DNA of 64,000 nt, from NCBI RefSeq assembly GCF_009914755.1, contig NC_060930.1; one strand, given 5' to 3'. The notes below the pieces were generated by a model, which was not told the origin of the DNA, searched no databases, and worked only from the letters and a program-made list of their open reading frames with translations. Shown here one piece after another: positions 62,615 through 64,000 of this stretch. How positions within the stretch are numbered: position 1 is the first letter of the stretch; the number at the start of each line of letters is the position of its first letter. Source of the DNA: the human T2T-CHM13v2.0 reference genome, Homo sapiens. The position numbers were made by a program, and so were the translations under genes.

Positions 62615-63000
62615 TCTGTGGGACCATTATAGAGCAAATAGTCTCACTGTCCAGTGTGCACAAAACACTGGCTTTTGAGGAAAAAAGGGCTTTATTTGCC
62701 TTTTTTCGAATAGGCAAGTAGTCAGCAAGGAGACAGGAGTGGATTCAAATCTGTCTCCTCAAGTTAGGGACCCCTTGCTTCTGAAAGAGTTTTAGTATTC
62801 AGGTTCCAGTCATGTCCCAGTTTTACCGGTATAGAGGGGAATATTGATTGGTTTTGGGTGTTGTTAGAGATCAAAGCTTTTTCTATTGTGCATGCCTAGG
62901 CTACATGAACTGCAGATTTTGGTTTTATTATATCTGAAAGGTAACTCAACATTTTGTTACCAACTAAGCAGGCCCAATTTGGGCTAGTCCAGTAGGTACA
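62615..63000 (-). mobile_element. Probable LTR fragment (family not assigned)
   Basis: TG...CA-bounded segment with ctttatt and gcaaggagacaggagt..tcaaatctgtctcc, motifs seen in old LTRs. Confidence 0.35.
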
Positions 63001-64000
63001 GGACTTATTCAACTAAAAATTCAATTATGAATTTATGTGACAGTATTTAGTTTAATATTAAACAGCATTAAACTATCCTTTATGTCCTTATATTTTCACT
63101 TCCATGAAAATGAATGATTTTGATACCTTGTAATCTACTAAACTATCTTTGTTCACTGTAGATTAATTTGCTTTTACCAACATTTAGATTTAAAATATTC
63201 TCATTTTACTTTGTGGCTTTCAATACATACATCATTAAGGTCCTTTCCTAGTTAGAATATAAGCTGTGGGAGGGCAGTAACTATATCTCTAGGACTTAGC
63301 ATGATGCTTAATACACAGTAGAAAATGAGTGTTTGTTGAATGCATAAATCCTGTTTTTCCATCCAGGCCAGTTTGTCCAATTCAATGTATAAAACTACTT
63401 ATAATCAGGAATATGCCACAAATGGATTTTCCCAAGCATTATATTTTATTGATGTACATGTTTTGTTTCCTCTGTGTAGGTGTCAATGTCTTGTTTGAGG
63501 CAGGAATGATTTGATTTTCTTGGTATCTTTCATAGCACTTGCCACAATGCTTTACACGTAGTCAAGATGGTCAATAAATATCTACCAAATAAATGGGTAG
63601 ATATAAATTATCCACCTACCCTTTTTTTCTTTCCACACTAAAGGAGTGCAATTAACTTTACATTGTACGTGTGATTACTTGAAACCATAGCTATAATATT
63701 ATCACACTTTCCTTCAGAAAAAAAAATTGGGTAAAGTTGGTAAACTTATTAACAGAGTTTTGAAGTAGAGCACTATGTCATAGCTATCGAATAATAGATA
63801 AAGGCATTCTGAAACACATAATATTTAAAACATAGACTCATAAAAAGTCATTTTCAAGTATTTCTTAAGCAGATACTGTCAGATATATTGGACGATGAGA
63901 TAATTTGAGAGCACGTGTTCTGAAAAACAGGGTAAGACACTTGGACAAAGAAGTTTTATCTTTAAATCCTGCAAAATAAACATACACAAAAATCAGAATT

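Overview
Human genomic DNA from inside GRIK2 (kainate receptor GluK2), transcribed on the + strand. Two coding exons are present: 10089-10202 (114 nt, [38 protein letters not shown], end of the ATD, linker and start of S1) and 52287-52493 (207 nt, EEPYVLFKK...[10 protein letters not shown]1 ligand-binding segment). They are separated by a 42,084-nt intron. The rest is AT-rich intron containing 17 Alus, old L1/L2/MIR, LTR and DNA-transposon fragments, and microsatellites. The clearest notable object is a young, 5'-truncated, antisense L1Hs Ta (Ta-0-type) insertion at 27600-28890. It has a 13-bp TSD, a patterned inner A-tail, a ~70-nt non-L1 tag and a second poly(A), which is the signature of an L1 3' transduction and can be traced to a source element. 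Also notable are a near-consensus human-specific AluYb8-lineage insertion that forms an inverted pair across the 207-nt exon, and a speculative unannotated micro/poison exon at the junction where paralogous GRIK1 has its 15-aa GluK1-1 insert. No prokaryotic-type system, CRISPR array or RNA gene is supported. Old-repeat boundaries and subfamily calls are by eye and approximate.
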